Numbered from the stretch's first letter, positions 8,964 to 18,842 are shown. The stretch: 64,000 nt of DNA from an uncultured virus (IMG/VR IMGVR_UViG_3300025009_000081) (IMGVR_UViG_3300025009_000081), one strand, 5' to 3'. The notes: a model not told the origin generated them from the sequence alone. Made by a program: numbers and translations.

Positions 8964-10168
8964 ATTTTAAAAGCTCCTCCACAAGTGGGACAGGTTTCCG
9001 GGAATTGAGTCTTTATTACCTCAATCTCCTTTTCCTTATTATACACTAATTGTGTTGTTTTTCTAACATTATTTATCAAATCTTTAAATTTATACAGGTT
9101 CAGCTTCTGCTCGGCTATATCATTCTTCCCCAACCACTCAAGTTTCTCACTTAATCCGGGGAAATCAATCTGTTTTAACCTGTTCAGTCCAAGTTCGGAC
9201 TTAGTAATCACCAGTATGAGCTTCCTCAGTTCCTCTTGCTTCTCCTTTAAACCTACAATCCTTGTCCCAATCTTCTCAGCCAGTGCAATCTTATCACCTA
9301 CCATAAGTATATTAGTATATACTAATATGCGTATATTCGCATTGGTGCATACTTCTATGATTTGCTTGAGCTTTATGTTGTCCTCAATGAGAGTGTCTAG
9401 TCTGTCCTTCACAACTTCTGCTGTGTTAAGCAGGGCTTTGGTGTCATTTAAGGTTTTGAACCTATCAAGTTTTCTCTGGGTTTCCCTAATGTTTGTCAAA
9501 AGAGTTCGGAGTCTTGCTAACCTTTCTTTTTTCTCCACAAGCTCCATCCAGACATCTTCGAGTTCTTCAATCCTGGCCTTGAGTGGTCTTACCCAGTGCA
9601 GGGCAGTAATCTCAGCCTTCAGGGTCAGTGCTTTCTTCTCTTCGGCATTGATGTCAGACTTGGTTTCTCTCTTCTGTGAGTCGATTAGACCCAGTGCTTT
9701 GTCGATGCTGTCCAGTTTGATGATTCCATTGAAGAACCTAGCTATTTCACCCGAAGTCTGGGTGAGCAGGAATGGACTGTCCAGTTGCCTCTGAATATTG
9801 GCTTCACCCATGTTGAAGAACTCTTCAACTTCAGTGGGTATATTTCCTCTTCCCAGGGCCTCCAGAGGGTTCCCGTTGATGTTGTACCCGTTTGTACCAG
9901 AGTTCTTGAATCGCTTAACGTAGCCCTTCCCTGTAGTTAGGAGTACACTACATTCTTCACCTTGCTTGATGAAGTCCTTTTTGGTCTTTATCCAATGGGA
10001 GACAAAGCTGTCCCCTGCTGGTTTGTTGGTGAGACACCACATTATAGCCCTAAGAGCTGCTGACTTGCCCCTGTCAGATTCACCAATGATCACGTTTATG
10101 CCCGGTGAGAAGTCAAAGTTGGTAGCCCTGTGGGACTGAAAGTTTGTTATGGCTGCTGATTTTATCAT
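8960..10168 (-). CDS. Rad50/SbcC-like ATPase, N-terminal half ending in a zinc hook
   Basis: NFQSH, Walker A GESDRGKS, Q-loop, long coiled coil, terminal CPTCG. Confidence 0.88.
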   Translation of the reverse strand: MIKSAAITNFQSHRATNFDFSPGINVIIGESDRGKSAALRAIMWCLTNKPAGDSFVSHWIKTKKDFIKQGEECSVLLTTGKGYVKRFKNSGTNGYNINGNPLEALGRGNIPTEVEEFFNMGEANIQRQLDSPFLLTQTSGEIARFFNGIIKLDSIDKALGLIDSQKRETKSDINAEEKKALTLKAEITALHWVRPLKARIEELEDVWMELVEKKERLARLRTLLTNIRETQRKLDRFKTLNDTKALLNTAEVVKDRLDTLIEDNIKLKQIIEVCTNANIRILVYTNILMVGDKIALAEKIGTRIVGLKEKQEELRKLILVITKSELGLNRLKQIDFPGLSEKLEWLGKNDIAEQKLNLYKFKDLINNVRKTTQLVYNKEKEIEVIKTQFPETCPTCGGAFKI

Positions 10169-10497
10169 TTCTTCTCCATGAATTTGGAATACATTGTAGT
10201 CGCACAAGGATAGCATACAGAATCCCTGTACTCAGGGCAGTTCATAATACAATACTTGCAGGGCACTTTCATGCTTTCCTGCACTCTATTCTTCAGTTCA
10301 ATAAATTTCATCTTGAGCTTTTGGTTGTAGTCCAGTATCCAGTCCTTGTCACAGGTGCATACCACCATGCTACAATTAGGACACTTGTCAAACTTCACAT
10401 CAAGGGCAACACTTAGCCCCTCATACTTGGGTGCATTGGCTTTCATAGTAAACTCTTTGCTGTTATATCCGGGAAGGTCTCTTATTCTCAAGCTCAT
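10165..10497 (-). CDS. Cys-rich hypothetical protein
   Basis: 110 aa; coupled overlaps on both sides. Confidence 0.6.
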   Translation of the reverse strand: MSLRIRDLPGYNSKEFTMKANAPKYEGLSVALDVKFDKCPNCSMVVCTCDKDWILDYNQKLKMKFIELKNRVQESMKVPCKYCIMNCPEYRDSVCYPCATTMYSKFMEKK

Positions 10498-11003
10498 AAT
10501 TTATTCACATAAGCCCAGTGAGCCATAAGAAGTCCATCTGCATCTTTGTGCTTTTTGATTATTGCAGAGAGCTGTGGGTATATGCGCAGTCCAATATCCA
10601 TGCTTGCTTTCTTCAGGTCTGCTGAACCTTTGATTGTAGGAGGCAGTATTTTCTTCTGCCACTGCTTTGAGTCTATGTATTCAAAACCCAGTCCCATCTG
10701 TTCCAGTGCAATGATTGTAGCCTCCAGTGCCCTTGCTGCTGAGATAGATGCTTTGAATCTCATAGCATTGATCATCATCCTCTCCAAAAACACTTTTACT
10801 GTCTCTGCTCCAGAGAGATTCCAATGATTATGTATTGCTAGTTTAAGATCATCAACTTGTATCCGGGTGATATTTCCCTCCTTCTTTGTGTAGCTCTGCT
10901 CTGATTTGGTAGGGGCTTTACACATGGCTGCATAGCCTTCTGTAACGAAACCATATGAAGAAGTTACCCCATTATCTAATCCTATGTATAGCACTCTACT
11001 CAT
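10494..11003 (-). CDS. RuvC-like Holliday junction resolvase
   Basis: YIGLDNG, VFLE, WQK and DADGLLMA (RNase H-fold acidic motifs). Confidence 0.75.
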   Translation of the reverse strand: MSRVLYIGLDNGVTSSYGFVTEGYAAMCKAPTKSEQSYTKKEGNITRIQVDDLKLAIHNHWNLSGAETVKVFLERMMINAMRFKASISAARALEATIIALEQMGLGFEYIDSKQWQKKILPPTIKGSADLKKASMDIGLRIYPQLSAIIKKHKDADGLLMAHWAYVNKL

Positions 11004-11005
11004 AC

Positions 11006-11302
11006 TTACTCCTTCACCACAACAACAAATTCTTGTATCTGCCGGGTGTCCTTACAAATCGAACAACTGGCTTCATATTCTTTTGTATTGACAATAGCCC
11101 AAATCTCTTCCTGATCACACATATCAATAGTCATAGCCTTCAGTATCTTGCCAAACTCAATGTTGACAAACTTCCCAAACATCTTGACAACATTCTGGAA
11201 GTCTGCATTGCTAAGACCTCCATTCAGGAACTTGTGTACTTTCCCATTTCTGATGTAGTTAAACATTACTTTCTTCCTCTTTTGATCCTCTATTTTCCTC
11301 AC
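11006..11302 (-). CDS. hypothetical protein
   Basis: 98 aa within the operon. Confidence 0.5.
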   Translation of the reverse strand: MRKIEDQKRKKVMFNYIRNGKVHKFLNGGLSNADFQNVVKMFGKFVNIEFGKILKAMTIDMCDQEEIWAIVNTKEYEASCSICKDTRQIQEFVVVVKE

Positions 11303-11624
11303 ACTGGAAAGAACCTCTTTCAGTATTACAGCCCTCGGTTACACCAAACCAAGTACAATCAGTACATTTTCCATAGCCCATAGGCTTATCTTCCACAGCC
11401 GTCATTTTCTCAAACAAGTAGTCCATGCCTAGTGTTATCAGAAAAGCAATTTCATTCTTGAGCATCTTCTCTGGCTTTGCCGACAAGTGCTTCAGAACTG
11501 CTTTCTCTACTGGAATGTTCTCATTTGCTGCGATGTTGATTATTGGGAAAAGACAGTGCTCCACCATCTTCTCCACATTTATCCCCAGAATTGCTGCCAC
11601 ACTCTCTGGCTTTACTTTAGGCAT
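11259..11624 (-). CDS. hypothetical protein
   Basis: Start moved to MPKVKP, which overlaps the end of the recombinase gene. Confidence 0.55.
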   Translation of the reverse strand: MPKVKPESVAAILGINVEKMVEHCLFPIINIAANENIPVEKAVLKHLSAKPEKMLKNEIAFLITLGMDYLFEKMTAVEDKPMGYGKCTDCTWFGVTEGCNTERGSFQCEENRGSKEEESNV

Positions 11625-12855
11625 ACTTAGGTTTTCTATTTGTTGCAACTTTGGCCTCCTCTGCTTCCCACATAGCAATCACCCTGTTCTCCAGTTCTTT
11701 CTGCATCTCAGGCGACTCTTCTATTGCCCTGATGAGTTCTTCCCTGGTTTTGGGTGCTTCCTGCGAGAATGTTTCTTTGTACTTATTATACAATTTATTC
11801 TCGGCATTCTGAAAGTAATTTTGCAACCATTCAATTTCTAGTGCTTTCTTACCACTGGCTGTCAGTTTCTCCGCTTGCACTTCCTCATAACAACCTTCGT
11901 CTTTCAGGAACTTCACAACATTGGCTAGAGTGGCTTCTTTGCCTCCCCACTGTATTGCTTCAGCTCTCTTGTTCAGCTCTCCAGTCTTTTCTGTACGCAA
12001 ATCAAACAAGTAGTCCAGATTTGATCCTATGTTGTCGATGCCATAGTCAAAGTAAAGACTGAAAGTACATTCCCGGTAAGGTCTGTCTGTTCTGCCTTTC
12101 TTGATCTCAGCTCGCACAATAAGTCCCACCTTGAGTCCATTCTTTACAATAAAGCTGACATGGTGTAACCAGATGATTGCAGAGCAGAAAAACAATACGG
12201 CATCTCCACCTGTCTTCACTCTTTTGGATTTGAAGGGTGCTGTGGACATGTTCTGCCGGGTCTGAGAGATAATCCAAAGTATTGAATCGGTTCTCTCAAA
12301 GTTGCTTGCCTGTACCTTGAAGAAGTCCTGGGACATGAACTTAGGTGTGGCTGTGTCGAAAGTACCTGCACTCACAACTTCCTTTCCGGCTTCAAAATCT
12401 TTCAATCTCTGTGCTGACCTCTCTTCCTTGTCATTGTTGGAGAGTCCATCAAGGCTGTCCAGTACATACTGACCTTTCTTGCCTTCGTTGTGTTTGAGAA
12501 AATATGATACATGTGCATCAAACTCTTCTACGGTGCCTGATGTCAATGTCTTGTCATGGAATAGATCAAAGCCATATAGTTTTTTTGCATTGAAGCTGTT
12601 GCCATTCTCGGCATCATCATAGTTCCAGGCAAAGTCTTTGTAAAGGCTCTTGTTCTTAGCCACTGATTCCGTACAGATAAGGCTCTTGCCTGTTTGTGGA
12701 TCTCCGGTTAGGTTCACAATGGTCCCTGCTGGAAGTCCTCTGCTCTCACTACCACCTACGGCAAGATCAAGTAAAGTGATGCCTGTACTAAAATAAACTG
12801 GTTTCTTGACTTTCTTTTCAGCCATAAAATAATCCCTTGTTTCTTTGATGTTCAT
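11617..12855 (-). CDS. RecA/UvsX-like recombinase
   Basis: STG...LDLAVGG, Walker A GDPQTGKS, VLDSL, IISQTR, TGGDAVLF and FDYGID. Confidence 0.88.
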   Translation of the reverse strand: MNIKETRDYFMAEKKVKKPVYFSTGITLLDLAVGGSESRGLPAGTIVNLTGDPQTGKSLICTESVAKNKSLYKDFAWNYDDAENGNSFNAKKLYGFDLFHDKTLTSGTVEEFDAHVSYFLKHNEGKKGQYVLDSLDGLSNNDKEERSAQRLKDFEAGKEVVSAGTFDTATPKFMSQDFFKVQASNFERTDSILWIISQTRQNMSTAPFKSKRVKTGGDAVLFFCSAIIWLHHVSFIVKNGLKVGLIVRAEIKKGRTDRPYRECTFSLYFDYGIDNIGSNLDYLFDLRTEKTGELNKRAEAIQWGGKEATLANVVKFLKDEGCYEEVQAEKLTASGKKALEIEWLQNYFQNAENKLYNKYKETFSQEAPKTREELIRAIEESPEMQKELENRVIAMWEAEEAKVATNRKPKYA

Positions 12856-12936
12856 GTTAAAAGACCTCCTCTCTGCTCATTTTGGTAAATGGATTTTAGT
12901 TGGGTAACTTCTTCAGAAAGGAGGCCAGTAATTTGA

Positions 12937-13899
12937 TTAGCCTATGCACTTATCCAGTTTGCTGCAACCTTTACAGTCTGGGTACTTGTAAGTGTCTTCA
13001 CCATAAACATGTCCCTGTGGACATTTATTTCCGGTGTGCTGGCTTGCTGTTTCGGGTACATTGGGCTGATTGGGAACGTGTTCCTGCTCAGTTGTTACTT
13101 CTCCCTGCTCTACTTCCTGCTCGTGCTCTGGAGCCGGAGTCTCTTCCTCACCATTTCCAAAGTAGTATTTCTGGATCTCGTCATTGGTCATGTGCACCAG
13201 GTACTTGTCGAACTGGAAAGCACTTTCAATGAGCTCATCAGTAACTTCTTCTCTTCTGTCGGCAAAGTCAAAGAAAGTCCATTCAAAAGCCTGTGCAAAC
13301 TTCTTGCCCGGCACAGGTGTACCACAGATGATCTTGCCATCTACGGGGTGTGAGAAAGGAACTGGATGACCCTTGCCCTTCAGACTGGCAAACTTAGCCA
13401 GCTTCTCATAGAACAGCCCAAAAGCACTTTCATGTATCTGTATGGGCCCCATTCCTCTGGCACCCTCGATCTGAATGTTGGCCAGTGATCTGCGTTTTGC
13501 CATTAGGTTCATGGCTTCATCTTTCTTACCAGCGTTTTTAAAAGCCAGGGATTCCTCACAAAGACAACATGGTTTTCCATAGTTCATCTTGGGACAAAGT
13601 ATTTTGTCTCTGCCTTCTGGTCCCAGATTGGTGTGTACATAGACATCGAGAATGATGTCAAGGTCTCCAACCTTCAGCTTGCCTGAGTGTACCATTGGAT
13701 TGTTGGGACCAATGACAAAAGGGATTATGTTGAAACTTACATTTGAATTGGGTTGTGGTTTGTAGTATGTCTCTTTTTGTGTGTTGGGGATGTTGAAAAA
13801 GTTCACACTGCCCGGAAATCTGTTACTGGCCGAAACCGCTGATTCCTCATGTCTGGTTGCTGACATCGTGTATTTTCTTGGTTGTATTGGTAAAGGCAT
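12937..13899 (-). CDS. single-stranded DNA-binding protein (T4 gp32-like)
   Basis: YVH..LG....ILCPK..YGKPC.LCE zinc motif, acidic C-terminal region, position next to UvsX/UvsY-like genes. Confidence 0.7.
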   Translation of the reverse strand: MPLPIQPRKYTMSATRHEESAVSASNRFPGSVNFFNIPNTQKETYYKPQPNSNVSFNIIPFVIGPNNPMVHSGKLKVGDLDIILDVYVHTNLGPEGRDKILCPKMNYGKPCCLCEESLAFKNAGKKDEAMNLMAKRRSLANIQIEGARGMGPIQIHESAFGLFYEKLAKFASLKGKGHPVPFSHPVDGKIICGTPVPGKKFAQAFEWTFFDFADRREEVTDELIESAFQFDKYLVHMTNDEIQKYYFGNGEEETPAPEHEQEVEQGEVTTEQEHVPNQPNVPETASQHTGNKCPQGHVYGEDTYKYPDCKGCSKLDKCIG

Positions 13900-13902
13900 G
13901 TT

Positions 13903-14373
13903 CTATTCCTCTCTGTTGTTTAGTTGATTTTGTAGTTGTGTTTGTGTTGTTTGTACTTGATCGTTTGTGCTGCCAATGCAGGTTTTGTCCTGGAAATACC
14001 CTACGGTGTAGAGTTTTACAAGATTGTCCAGACTGGACTTTTTTTGTTCTATTGCTTTGACACTGGTCTCCAGTATCACTACTTCTGCATCGAGGTCAAT
14101 AAGCCTATACTGAGCCTCCTGAACTTGGACATTGAGTGCAACTTTGTTTTTAATAGCATCTTCAGTTGGTTTTTTGCCTTCAGGTGTGAGGAAAGTAGCT
14201 CTCACCCCACTGTCGGTCTCAGCTATGGTTATCTTAACCCTGAGTTCCTGTTGGTCTCTTTCCTTTCTCTTAGCACTCAGCCCTTCAGCTATGCTGTAGT
14301 AAAGTGATGCTTGCTTCTGACACTCTTTGTCGAGGTTGAAAATATCAACCAGTAAATCATCTTTATTTATCAT
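13903..14373 (-). CDS. UvsY-like recombination mediator
   Basis: LDKE...Q...YY, KPTEDAIK..V, AIEQKK..L..LVKLY..GYF helical pattern. Confidence 0.6.
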   Translation of the reverse strand: MINKDDLLVDIFNLDKECQKQASLYYSIAEGLSAKRKERDQQELRVKITIAETDSGVRATFLTPEGKKPTEDAIKNKVALNVQVQEAQYRLIDLDAEVVILETSVKAIEQKKSSLDNLVKLYTVGYFQDKTCIGSTNDQVQTTQTQLQNQLNNREE

Positions 14374-14389
14374 CGTTTTCCTCTTTGTC

Positions 14390-14593
14390 TTATACTGTTG
14401 TTACTACCATGTATCCTATGTTTGCCGGGGGCACAAGGATACTGTTTTCCTTCCCCATTACAGGGATAAGATTTCCCTTTGTAAAAGCATCATTTAGTTC
14501 TGTGGAAAGTTCTAAGATTGTGCAATTTGGATATGTGACTGAACTTAGTTCACCCCTATCCATTAACACAATTTTTAAATTACAACTAGCCAT
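14390..14593 (-). CDS. hypothetical protein
   Basis: 67 aa; TAATG coupling. Confidence 0.55.
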   Translation of the reverse strand: MASCNLKIVLMDRGELSSVTYPNCTILELSTELNDAFTKGNLIPVMGKENSILVPPANIGYMVVTTV

Positions 14594-15507
14594 TATTTCC
14601 CCTCCACTGCCTGAAAACAGCTCAGCATTAAATCATTGTATCCATTCTGGAAAAAGGTCCCAAAGCACTGCATTACATGTGCAGCTCTTGGGTTCCCAGA
14701 TTTAATCAGAACTGCTGCACTATAACCCAGTACAGTTCTTCTGATTGTTTCCATATTGTCATTCTTCAGATCTGGTAAAATAGCCCCAATCTCTTTCCAA
14801 GAACTTCCCTGCAACAATGCACGGCACAAATTTATACATGTTTCTTTTTCTGGGTCGTTCTCATCCAGTACAAGGGCTATCTTGTCTTGATCTACTAATT
14901 TGCATTTCTCCAAAAGCTCATAGGCTGTGCGAGCAGATCCTTCTGCCTTTAAAGCTATGAGTTTTAGATTCTCACTATCCATCACAATCCCTTCTTTCTT
15001 TACAGCAAGTTTTAGAATTGTGCATAGTTCGTCTTTGCTGAACAGCTTTGTCCTTATTTCAACACATCGGCTTCTCAGGGCCTTGTTCATTTTCTCCGGC
15101 TCTGTTGTGCAGAAAAAGAAGTAAACATGCTCTGGGCAGTCCTCTGTTGGTTTGAGCAGGGCCTCACATGCAGCTTTGCTGAGATTTGCACACTCATCGA
15201 AGATATAAACCACAGAGTTTCCTATAGCTGGCATGTATCTCATCTGTTCAATAATGTCCCTGACTTTGTCCACCCCTGTTTCACTGGCATTATTAATTTC
15301 CCTGATACACATGTCATCCTGCACACCTAGATATTTGATAGCAGCTATTCTGGCAATGGTAGTTTTACCAGTTCCAAAAGGCCCACTGATCAAATAGGTA
15401 TGTGGTTTGGTCTTTTCAGATAGCAGTTTGGTTAGAATGTCTAATTCAGTTCCATTCCCTACCATCTGAAAGAAGTCTGTGGGTCTATATTTTCGATAAA
15501 GTTCCAT
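14593..15507 (-). CDS. dnaX: DNA polymerase III gamma/tau-like clamp loader
   Basis: LYRKYRP, GPFGTGKTT, EINNAS..GVD, IFDE, CTTEPEK, RSRC and GSAR. Confidence 0.9.
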   Translation of the reverse strand: MELYRKYRPTDFFQMVGNGTELDILTKLLSEKTKPHTYLISGPFGTGKTTIARIAAIKYLGVQDDMCIREINNASETGVDKVRDIIEQMRYMPAIGNSVVYIFDECANLSKAACEALLKPTEDCPEHVYFFFCTTEPEKMNKALRSRCVEIRTKLFSKDELCTILKLAVKKEGIVMDSENLKLIALKAEGSARTAYELLEKCKLVDQDKIALVLDENDPEKETCINLCRALLQGSSWKEIGAILPDLKNDNMETIRRTVLGYSAAVLIKSGNPRAAHVMQCFGTFFQNGYNDLMLSCFQAVEGK

Positions 15508-15514
15508 AGTTCTC

Positions 15515-15886
15515 CTAGTCTTTCTTTTCGTTGTCCAATAATTTGAGATCGGGCTTTTCAGTCTTGACTTCAGTTAGGTCATACAACTGAGAGATTACCG
15601 GGAAAGCGTACAGTACACCTACTGCTTTTTCCAATAGTGAGTCAATGAGTTTCAACTGTTCGGTGTTGAAATCAAACTCACCTTCGGTAGCATATATTTG
15701 GTTTACAAGCTGCTGGCGTTCCAGAGCTTTCATTCTGGTCATACCTTTGTCTGATTCATAGGTATGGCTTAGAATTACACACAGAGCTTCTTTAGATGTG
15801 AGTGGTGCCATGGACTCATCTTCCTGACGCTGCATCATTGGTTTACCATTGTATGCTTTGAAGGTGTATTTTAGATCAATTTTCAT
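15515..15886 (-). CDS. hypothetical protein
   Basis: Start moved to MKIDLK after AAGGAG. Confidence 0.6.
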   Translation of the reverse strand: MKIDLKYTFKAYNGKPMMQRQEDESMAPLTSKEALCVILSHTYESDKGMTRMKALERQQLVNQIYATEGEFDFNTEQLKLIDSLLEKAVGVLYAFPVISQLYDLTEVKTEKPDLKLLDNEKKD

Positions 15887-16029
15887 TTTTTCTCCTTGTT
15901 TGTTTTGGTTCCTTGTGTTTTTGAGTTCCAAATGAGAGTTCCACCTTTGACAAAGGCTTTTGTTCTCTGGTTCTCATTCTTCCTTATACTTTTGTAGTCT
16001 TCAAATGACATGCCCTCTGGTCTTTTCAT
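15883..16029 (-). CDS. small basic protein (48 aa, not in ORF track)
   Basis: MKRPEGMSFEDYKSIRKNENQ...; ATGA overlaps with the polymerase stop and with the next start. Confidence 0.55.
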   Translation of the reverse strand: MKRPEGMSFEDYKSIRKNENQRTKAFVKGGTLIWNSKTQGTKTNKEKK

Positions 16030-18503
16030 AGCTTACCTGCTCCTTTCATTTCTGCCCAGTTTCCATTTATTTCTGATTTCTCTTTCTCGATTGTAAGTGG
16101 TACATTGATCCAGTCCCACTCCTTTCTGATCTCAATGGTTCCATACTGTTTCACAAGTGAGTCCACAAGATCTTCATGTAGTGGATTTAAGTCCATGACG
16201 ATAGCATCATGTATCTGTCCTATTATACAATTCTTTTGGGGAATCTTGTCTATTATTTTATTAATTGTCCACAGCACACAATGACTGGCACTGCACTGAA
16301 TCTGCCTGTTGGTTAGTTCAGTAAAACTCATGGGACCATAGAACTTGAACCCATCAAGACTTTCTATATAACCCAGTCTGAGATACTTCTCCCAGAGCTC
16401 TTGCTTCCATTGCTTATACACGGGAAATCTTTCGTTCCAGAACTTGTCCTCAATGGCCTTAACATGAGCACTAAAGTCCAGAAGAGTCCTTATGCCATTA
16501 CTGGCTAAGTGTGTTCTGGTGCCATCTGGAATCATCTTCCACAGGTTTGGTGCTATGGCCTTGTATGTGCTGCCATAGAAACTGGGGAATACAAATCCGT
16601 TCTTTGCACAGAATCTCTCATCCTTGGTAAATGTTTCCTTGTCCCTGAAGAACAAATCCATTGCTGTGTCCCGGTGCATGTCCGTGGTCTCATCCATCAC
16701 ATAGGTCATCATTTGAGGATCCTTATGATATACGCAACCCACACAAACTTCAATCATTTTATAGTCAAATTCAACAAGCATGTTTCCAGGACTGGGCTTT
16801 ATAATTGATCGTATGTACTTCTTAGCATCCTGGTCACGTTTGGACTGATTTTGAAGGTTAACGGAGTAAGAATTTGTTCTGTACGTAGCTGCAAGATGTA
16901 TGCCAAAGAACGGATAAATCTTATCTGGACCATATACCAGTTCATTCTTGAATTGAGCATAGTATGTGTCCCTTATCTTCTTCAGCTTCCTGTACTGCAC
17001 AATTAAGTTTGCAAACTGGCTATCTATGTTTTGCAGTGCTTCCACATCCATCTTTGCTTCTTCGGGTTCTGGATAGCCCAGAATCTCATAGAATAGTTTA
17101 TTGAGCTGTGTTGTGGAGTCTATGTTAAGCTCACCTGGGTAATTCTTAAACTCCTCACATCTGGTAATTCTCCGGTGCAGTTTCTCCATGCTCTCTGTGA
17201 TGATCTGATTGTTCTCAAGCATCTGCTTGGCATCTATATTGAATCCGGCTTCGTGCATGGAGTGCAAACTATGCAGGGTTTCCATAAAGAACTCAAAGCC
17301 CTTGAGGAATCTGCCCTTGAGTTCGGGTTTCTGCATGTAGTAAAGTTGTAGGGTGTAGAGTGAGTCCAAAGCATTGTACTTCATAAGCACACTGGGATTG
17401 CACTCCAGCATTTTATTAAAGCTGTTGCAGCTCTTCTCTCTTTCTCCTGGTCTTAGTTTCAGAAAGTTGTCAATGCCATCATCATATCCAATTACCCCAA
17501 GTTTTACATAAGTCAGGAACTTCAATCCCACCGCTTTATTGTTATTTATACAATGTGCTGCCAGACAGGTGTCCCAGTGTATTTTAGGTCTGACTCCACA
17601 AATATTCTGGCTCCAGGACATTTCAAAATCAGCTTTATGGGCTATCTTAAGTGACTTTCCTGCAAGAAATTTGCAAAAAACGGCTTTAAACTCTTCGTTT
17701 TCACCAAAATAGGGAAAGCTATATGCCTTTTTGTCATAGGCTAGGCTGCAACAAATAATCTGTTGTCCCTGTCTGTGAGGTTTAATCCCTGTGGTTTCAT
17801 AGTCAAAGGCTACTTCCTTCGTTCCCACGGCCTCAATCCACTCAATAGCCTTCTTAGGGTCTGTTGTGCTCTCCCAGTTGTCCCAGAGCTCTGGAAAAGG
17901 TTCCATTGTCATTGCCAGTGCTGCTTTGAGGTGCTCATACATCAGACCCTCGTAGTCCCCATTTCTGTCTTCAGCACAGGTTTCAAAGTCATAAGTAGGG
18001 CATACCCAAGCATTTAGGTCTCTATCAGGTATCTGCTCCCCAATGTAGTGCTCCCGGTCAACATTGCTAATTCTTCCACTGATCTTGTGATTGAGTAAAC
18101 TTTTGATAGCCAGTGTTCCCATTGGGATTATGATCTCTGGATTCAGTTCTCTAATGGTTTTATATAGGAATCTTCGGCAACTTGTGATTTGTGTGTCTGT
18201 TGGTGCTTTTCTTGAGTGACACTTAACTCCAAAAACTGACCAGACATCTTTGCTGAAATCTATGCCCAACTTCTTTTCTATCCTTTTGATGTAAGGACTT
18301 TGAAGATCCCCTGACATAGTGTTCCTGCGTGATGCCTGGTCAAATATAAACAGAACTTTTAAACCACCTGCACCCATAGTTCTCATAAAGGGTGTAGGGC
18401 ACTGTTCTAAAAGACCACACTTAGTACAAGACTTGGTGTGGTCAATTTCCTTCTTCTGCTTTACTATGTGGGTGTTCACACCCAGATCGAAGAAGGCTCC
18501 CAT
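16026..18503 (-). CDS. polA: family A DNA polymerase with N-terminal UDG-family-4-like domain and 3'-5' exonuclease
   Basis: CTKC...KC...C Fe-S-type cysteines; exonuclease FDYETTG and YNALD; motif A EFDYKMIE, motif B RFCAKNGFVF..FYG, motif C QIHDAI. Confidence 0.92.
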   Translation of the reverse strand: MGAFFDLGVNTHIVKQKKEIDHTKSCTKCGLLEQCPTPFMRTMGAGGLKVLFIFDQASRRNTMSGDLQSPYIKRIEKKLGIDFSKDVWSVFGVKCHSRKAPTDTQITSCRRFLYKTIRELNPEIIIPMGTLAIKSLLNHKISGRISNVDREHYIGEQIPDRDLNAWVCPTYDFETCAEDRNGDYEGLMYEHLKAALAMTMEPFPELWDNWESTTDPKKAIEWIEAVGTKEVAFDYETTGIKPHRQGQQIICCSLAYDKKAYSFPYFGENEEFKAVFCKFLAGKSLKIAHKADFEMSWSQNICGVRPKIHWDTCLAAHCINNNKAVGLKFLTYVKLGVIGYDDGIDNFLKLRPGEREKSCNSFNKMLECNPSVLMKYNALDSLYTLQLYYMQKPELKGRFLKGFEFFMETLHSLHSMHEAGFNIDAKQMLENNQIITESMEKLHRRITRCEEFKNYPGELNIDSTTQLNKLFYEILGYPEPEEAKMDVEALQNIDSQFANLIVQYRKLKKIRDTYYAQFKNELVYGPDKIYPFFGIHLAATYRTNSYSVNLQNQSKRDQDAKKYIRSIIKPSPGNMLVEFDYKMIEVCVGCVYHKDPQMMTYVMDETTDMHRDTAMDLFFRDKETFTKDERFCAKNGFVFPSFYGSTYKAIAPNLWKMIPDGTRTHLASNGIRTLLDFSAHVKAIEDKFWNERFPVYKQWKQELWEKYLRLGYIESLDGFKFYGPMSFTELTNRQIQCSASHCVLWTINKIIDKIPQKNCIIGQIHDAIVMDLNPLHEDLVDSLVKQYGTIEIRKEWDWINVPLTIEKEKSEINGNWAEMKGAGKL

Positions 18504-18506
18504 GGA

Positions 18507-18842
18507 CTATTTCTTTTTGCCTTTGGGTGCTGCTTTCTTTGTTGTCTTCACCTGTACTGGTTTTTTAACCACTGGTGCTGCTTTCTTTGTTGCCATCTGT
18601 ACTTTACCTCCTTCAAGGTTTTTGTGTGTGTTGATAAAATCTTCTATACATTCAATCATAAACTCTGCGCCCTGTATGCTGTATATGATCACAAGTCCCT
18701 GTACTTGCATAGCATCTTCTACTTTATGACTAAAGCTGACTGGGTACCCTGCATTGGGACAATCTGGATATAGGGTAGCTACTGTACCCGATTTGAGTTT
18801 TCTTTCAAGTTCTGCTCTTATTTGAGGTTCTTTGTTACTCAT
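18507..18842 (-). CDS. hypothetical protein with Lys/Ala/Pro-rich tail
   Basis: 111 aa; C-terminus KKAAP...KKAAPKGKKK. Confidence 0.6.
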   Translation of the reverse strand: MSNKEPQIRAELERKLKSGTVATLYPDCPNAGYPVSFSHKVEDAMQVQGLVIIYSIQGAEFMIECIEDFINTHKNLEGGKVQMATKKAAPVVKKPVQVKTTKKAAPKGKKK

